Origin: Escherichia phage U1G
Direction: 5' to 3' (one strand)
Sequence record: NC_070872.1
Length of the DNA: 64,000 nt
Numbering within the stretch: the stretch's first letter is position 1; every line of letters starts with the position of its first letter. Position numbers and translations under genes: made by a program. Positions 59,973 to 64,000 of the stretch are shown piece after piece. Below the pieces are notes generated by a model. It saw only the letters and a list, made by a program, of their open reading frames with translations, was not told where the DNA came from and made no database searches.

Positions 59973-60479
59973 TTATTCCTGTTCAAAAAGTTTACGGTCA
60001 GCCTGAATCTGTTTACCCAACTCAATTAGTTGGCTGTCACGGAGTCTAACAGTTGCCCGGAGTTCTTCAACCAAACGTCTGCCTTCTTCAAGACTGCTGT
60101 CGAGTTTGGCTGCATGGCTTGCAAGACTTCTGCACTCAAGGGTTCCGGCTTCGGCTTGACGTTTATATACCGATGCTCGTCTTTCAGACTGTTGCATCCG
60201 GCTGTCATAATCACTGCTAACGCGAGCAAGCTCGCTTGCGTAATTACTCTCAGCCGTCTGCAACCGAGAAGTGAGTAACCCGACTTCATAACTATGGTTT
60301 CTTTGGAGAGCATCGTATTTGTCCTGTAATTTTTGTATTGCCTTTTGGTCTTCAACCTTTTGGTTATCCCACTTCTTTTGAACAGTAGACTGCCCATTGG
60401 AATTACCCCAAAAGTAAATGGTGGCCCCAAGGACCACCACCAGAAGATAAGGCCAACCTTTAGAGATTAGCATCTTCAT
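59973..60479 (-). CDS. i-spanin (Rz-like)
   Basis: N-terminal [18 protein letters not shown] then charged coiled-coil-like domain; overlaps the muramidase 3' end. Confidence 0.5.
   Translation of the reverse strand: MKMLISKGWPYLLVVVLGATIYFWGNSNGQSTVQKKWDNQKVEDQKAIQKLQDKYDALQRNHSYEVGLLTSRLQTAESNYASELARVSSDYDSRMQQSERRASVYKRQAEAGTLECRSLASHAAKLDSSLEEGRRLVEELRATVRLRDSQLIELGKQIQADRKLFEQE
60026..60289 (-). CDS. putative o-spanin (Rz1-like), embedded in the i-spanin gene
   Basis: Alternate-frame ORF with hydrophobic signal-like segment ending TAGC followed by Pro-rich tail; lipobox atypical. Confidence 0.3.
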   Translation of the reverse strand: MKSGYSLLGCRRLRVITQASLLALAVIMTAGCNSLKDEHRYINVKPKPEPLSAEVLQAMQPNSTAVLKKADVWLKNSGQLLDSVTAN

Positions 60480-61094
60480 TACATGCCTCCAGTGGCACAT
60501 TGCCTATTCGGTTAGCTACCCAACCATACGTAAAGTCTGGCATGTTTAATGAGGTATAGTGGTTTAGTTGTTTAGCATCAAGCAGCTTAATCATTACCTG
60601 ACATGCTGCAACTTTGCCTCGTTTTTTCTGTAATGCTTTATAAGCATTAACAGTACTTGCACCGACTTTACCATCAACCTGTATTTTAGGGTAGTCTTTG
60701 CCATCACGGGACATTTCATTAAGGGATAACTGCAACCACTTAGCCGGACGGGTTACACCAGTATTAACACCAGCATCTACCAGCTTATGCGTTACAGCAG
60801 GAGATATATCAGCGAAGGCTACGAAGTTAGGCTTAAGTACGTAGTCATCAATGTATATCTCAGCAGCCATCTCCTTAGATAAACCTTTCATAGAACCACC
60901 CCAACCATATTCAGTAGCCAGAACCTCCTTATGAGACTTAGCTACCGATTGGGTAATACCATGATTAGTTTCCCCACCTGGGTCACGAGGATTGTTTACA
61001 TAACCCCTTCCATATAGAACACTGCCCCCAGGATAGCAGCGACAACCCCTCCCACTGCACCACCTTTTGCAGCAAGTTTCTGTTTAGCTTTCAT
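60460..61094 (-). CDS. GH108-type N-acetylmuramidase endolysin (N4 gp61-like) with signal-anchor-like N-terminus; frameshifted in this assembly
   Basis: YVNNPRDPGGETNHGITQ GH108 motif; SD-preceded ATG 61094 encodes MKAKQKLAAKGGAVGGVVAAILGAVFYMEG in another frame; +1 nt in C4 (61004-61007) fuses them. Confidence 0.6.
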
Positions 61095-61476
61095 GAGAAT
61101 TTTCCTTTGGACGGAACCGTATTAATCTGCCTATGATGTTTAAGGCAAACAGTGCGATTGCAATATTGGAACCATGGGGAATATCTTCCAGGATGTGACG
61201 AGGTAATCCTGTCACCATTGGTTGGATGATATCTACAGCAGAAAATAGAATTAAACCAAACGTACTAATTTGAACGGATGCCCACTTCCAGGACTTCTTC
61301 CAGTTAGGTACTAACTCAAACTTTCTTTTAGCCTGCGAACCATGCGAATATCTCCCGTCTTGCAGCAGCCAATACACCAATAATTGCACCTGCTCCAGCC
61401 CATACCCACTTACCGAAAATTCCAGCACCAACAACTTTATGCTTAATGGTGATGAACTCTTCAATAGTAGGCTCAT
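61084..61476 (-). CDS. putative lysis-associated membrane protein (holin candidate)
   Basis: Two predicted TM helices in the C-terminal 80 aa; N-terminal 50 codons overlap the upstream ORF. Confidence 0.3.
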   Translation of the reverse strand: MSLLLKSSSPLSIKLLVLEFSVSGYGLEQVQLLVYWLLQDGRYSHGSQAKRKFELVPNWKKSWKWASVQISTFGLILFSAVDIIQPMVTGLPRHILEDIPHGSNIAIALFALNIIGRLIRFRPKENSHES

Positions 61477-61657
61477 TTTTAGCTAAACTATCCTCCACAT
61501 TTTTCAGTCTATTACCTATGTCATTGATTGAATCCCGCAGTTCTCCTAGAGTTTCCTCCAGTTTCTCACGGTCCTGTCTGTCTCTTGTCTGGTTCTCAAA
61601 CAGAGTCTTCAATCGTTCCTCCAGTCTGACTAGAAGCAGTTCACCCGATTCATTCAT
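61328..61657 (-). CDS. putative membrane protein with N-terminal coiled coil and C-terminal TM (holin/antiholin candidate)
   Basis: C-terminal VVGAGIFGKWVWAGAGAIIGVLAA. Confidence 0.3.
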   Translation of the reverse strand: MNESGELLLVRLEERLKTLFENQTRDRQDREKLEETLGELRDSINDIGNRLKNVEDSLAKNEPTIEEFITIKHKVVGAGIFGKWVWAGAGAIIGVLAAARREIFAWFAG

Positions 61658-61880
61658 AATATTACCGTAGTTGTAAAGTTAAGAACCCCTATGGGGTCGT
61701 ATCATAAGATGACTCTTAGATAATACTTAGTATGCTGAAATACATCCAGACAAAGAGACGAGCAAAACCTGTGCTTTGTAGAAAGGGCATCATTGGATAT
61801 ATTCAATACCCTATGGGGGAGAGTTACCCTAACCATTTTTACAGTTAGAGCAATGGAATCAGCAAACACTAATGGGTTTG

Positions 61881-61909
61881 GTAGTGGGGTACTAAATTTA
61901 CCCCACTAC
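61881..61909. other. 9-bp stem hairpin after the tailspike stop
   Basis: gtagtgggg-loop-ccccactac; no clear U tract. Confidence 0.3.
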
Positions 61910-61915
61910 CTAAAT

Positions 61916-63800
61916 TTACTGCTTCAAGCCATATACAATAATATCTGCACCTAATGTAGTCCACGCTTCGTCACCACGAGAACTTGCGCAGTTAACCGTA
62001 AACCCAGAAGGGGTTTGGTTAGTAACGCTAAATACAGGGGCAATACTCTGCAATGCACCAATACCCCCATTAAAGGTTACGGCTACACGATAATCCAGTA
62101 AGTTAATAGGTAGTGTTACTTCAGTACTACCAGCGGAACCAGTAGAGCGGGTGATAGATATACCCTTACGATAGATGAATTGCCCATTACGCAAACCAGA
62201 TAAAGTGGTGTTATCGGAGAGTGAGTCCACAATATCCCCAGCAACAATACCAATACCAGTTAAATCAGTATTAGTAATGATTCGTACACCACCTTCCTTG
62301 GTTCTTTCTAGTACCCTGGTTCCAGAAGCCAGACTGTATTTACCAGTTAATGTACTACGACAGGTAACGTTAGTAAGGTCAAAATAGTTATTAGAGCTGC
62401 TGGCATCATTAATAAGGTAAGAGAAGTTAACACATCGCACATTACTCATAGTAATTTGAGAATCTGAACCCTTACTTGAAACATCTACAAGATAGGGGTA
62501 TTGGCTGTTTGGTATGGAGGGTAATTACCCGCATGATAATTAGAAATACCTAATGCAACCCTACCATCTATGTAGATAGCAGAACCCGTTCCTGTATTTT
62601 CAGAACCACAATTATGCATACTAATGCTTCGGGTATCTGTAGTAGCGTTATCACCGGAACCACCGCCAAATACATAACTCCAGCGGGTAGTATGGTCGCA
62701 TGCACAATCAATAATTGAACTATAGCCACTAGCTAAGTAGTAACCACGATTAGCATAATCAACATAGCATTCTTTTATGTAGGTACTAGTACCGTCTTGG
62801 ATATAGAACCCGGTATCCGTACAGTTACGAGCAATACACCGGGATATACGTTGAATCCATGAACCTTTATCAAATATACCAAACTTATAACCTTCAAAGA
62901 GGCAATCTGATACGTAACTGTTCTCCGTTATACTAAAATAGATACCGTAGTCAGCATTGACTGTAGTTGTAAAGCGAATACCTGAAATACGAGCATACTT
63001 ACTCTGATTAGTATCTGTTAGTACAACAATAGCAGCATTTACGTTAACATCCACCCCGTAAGCATCTGGCTCAGTTATACCTGTCTTAGCTAAGGTAGTT
63101 AATTCAATAATTGCATTACCACCTTGTCCTTCAATTTCATAGTTATAAAAGCCTAAATTGCGATACAACAAGGGTTTAGTAATAATGTACTTCTTGGATG
63201 GAATCACCAACTTAGTTCGATTCAGTTGACAGTAATCCATTGCTGCTTGAATGGCTTCAGTATCATCAGTAACACCATCCCCCATAGCACCAAATACTTG
63301 CGGGGTAACATAGTGTATATACTTATTAAGTAGTTCCTCTTTCAGGTATGCGTCGGATATAGCAACCCAATTAGCATCCCCAACAGGGGATGATCCAGGA
63401 GCTACAGTAACGGGTAGTGCACCCTGGTAGGTGTATCCAGTACCATTGTAAACGAGTATGTCATTCTTAGTATTTACTATGGAACCGGTGGAGAACGTGC
63501 CAGGTAGGGTAGTATACTCCCCCTGCTTTTCCCAAGTTCCCCCAAATCAACAGTACCTGCTGAATGAACCAGGATTGCTTGTTCATTCAGGCTTACAGCA
63601 GTGGTTCCTACCGGGAGTACGGGCAAAGAGTAAGCACGCTGAGTAGTCTTATCATAAATGACCTTGTATTCCCCTAAGTCTACACCTACAGCAAAGTAAA
63701 CAACCTCATTCTGCTTAACTCCAAAGTGACGGGCTACTGCTTGTTTGTTGGTTAAGATTCCAGTGGAACCTTTACCACCTTGTGAGAACATTTCGTTCAT
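61916..63800 (-). CDS. tailspike/tail fibre with pectate-lyase-like beta-helix; three ORFs in this assembly
   Basis: AAGAGG SD before ATG 63800; GDGVTDDTEAIQAA beta-helix signature; +1 nt in C5 (63519-63543) and in G4 (62495-62498) gives one ~628-aa ORF. Confidence 0.55.
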
Positions 63801-64000
63801 ATAAACCTCTTTGTTTTTCTAAGTAAGCCCCTATTTGGAGGGGCTTGCAGTGGTAGTGACAACACTTTGAGTTAGTACGATAGTAACTAAAGACAAGATT
63901 AACCCTGCTACGATGTGTTTTCATCATTTTATCCCATGGCGATGACATGCACTTGCAGGACATAGTTTGTGTGAATCGTAATGAAGTCCATGATGTCACA

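Noticed and set aside
61084-61657. Fusing the two overlapping holin-candidate ORFs as another homopolymer frameshift
   Set aside because: Joining them needs a 1-nt deletion rather than the 1-nt insertion that repairs every other broken gene; left as two overlapping ORFs.
1-64000. CRISPR arrays, rRNA genes, integrase/attachment sites or transposases
   Set aside because: No regular repeat-spacer arrays, no rRNA-like conserved blocks, and no recombinase-like ORFs were seen.

Overview
This window reads as a large segment of an N4-like (Schitoviridae-type) lytic podophage genome. Calls rest on motif reading and gene order by eye; no database search or folding program was run. Layout: (1) 1-5000, + strand, small early genes punctuated by four near-identical GC-stem/TCC-loop hairpins that resemble N4 virion-RNA-polymerase early promoters, plus hairpin/T-run terminators; (2) 5000-35000, + strand, middle/replication genes: two-subunit T7-like RNAP II, Ig-like decoration protein, MoxR-type AAA+ ATPase with a vWA/metallopeptidase partner, dCTP-deaminase-like, ThyX, rIIA-like GHKL ATPase, Dda-like helicase, family-A DNA polymerase, AAA_24-like ATPase, SSB-like protein and RuvC-like resolvase; (3) 35210-36820, a 1.6 kb ORF-free region with tRNA-like elements; (4) 37326-63800, - strand, late module: ~3584-aa virion RNAP, internal virion proteins, major capsid, scaffold-like protein, portal, spanins, GH108 muramidase and a beta-helix tailspike. 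Most notable: a td-like group I intron carrying an HNH endonuclease ORF splits the AAA+ ATPase gene; the DNA polymerase is split by a free-standing endonuclease ORF; five homing-endonuclease-like ORFs in total. At least seven genes are broken at short homopolymer runs where adding one nucleotide restores a full-length ORF, which points to systematic assembly under-calls rather than biology. No CRISPR array, rRNA or integrase was seen.
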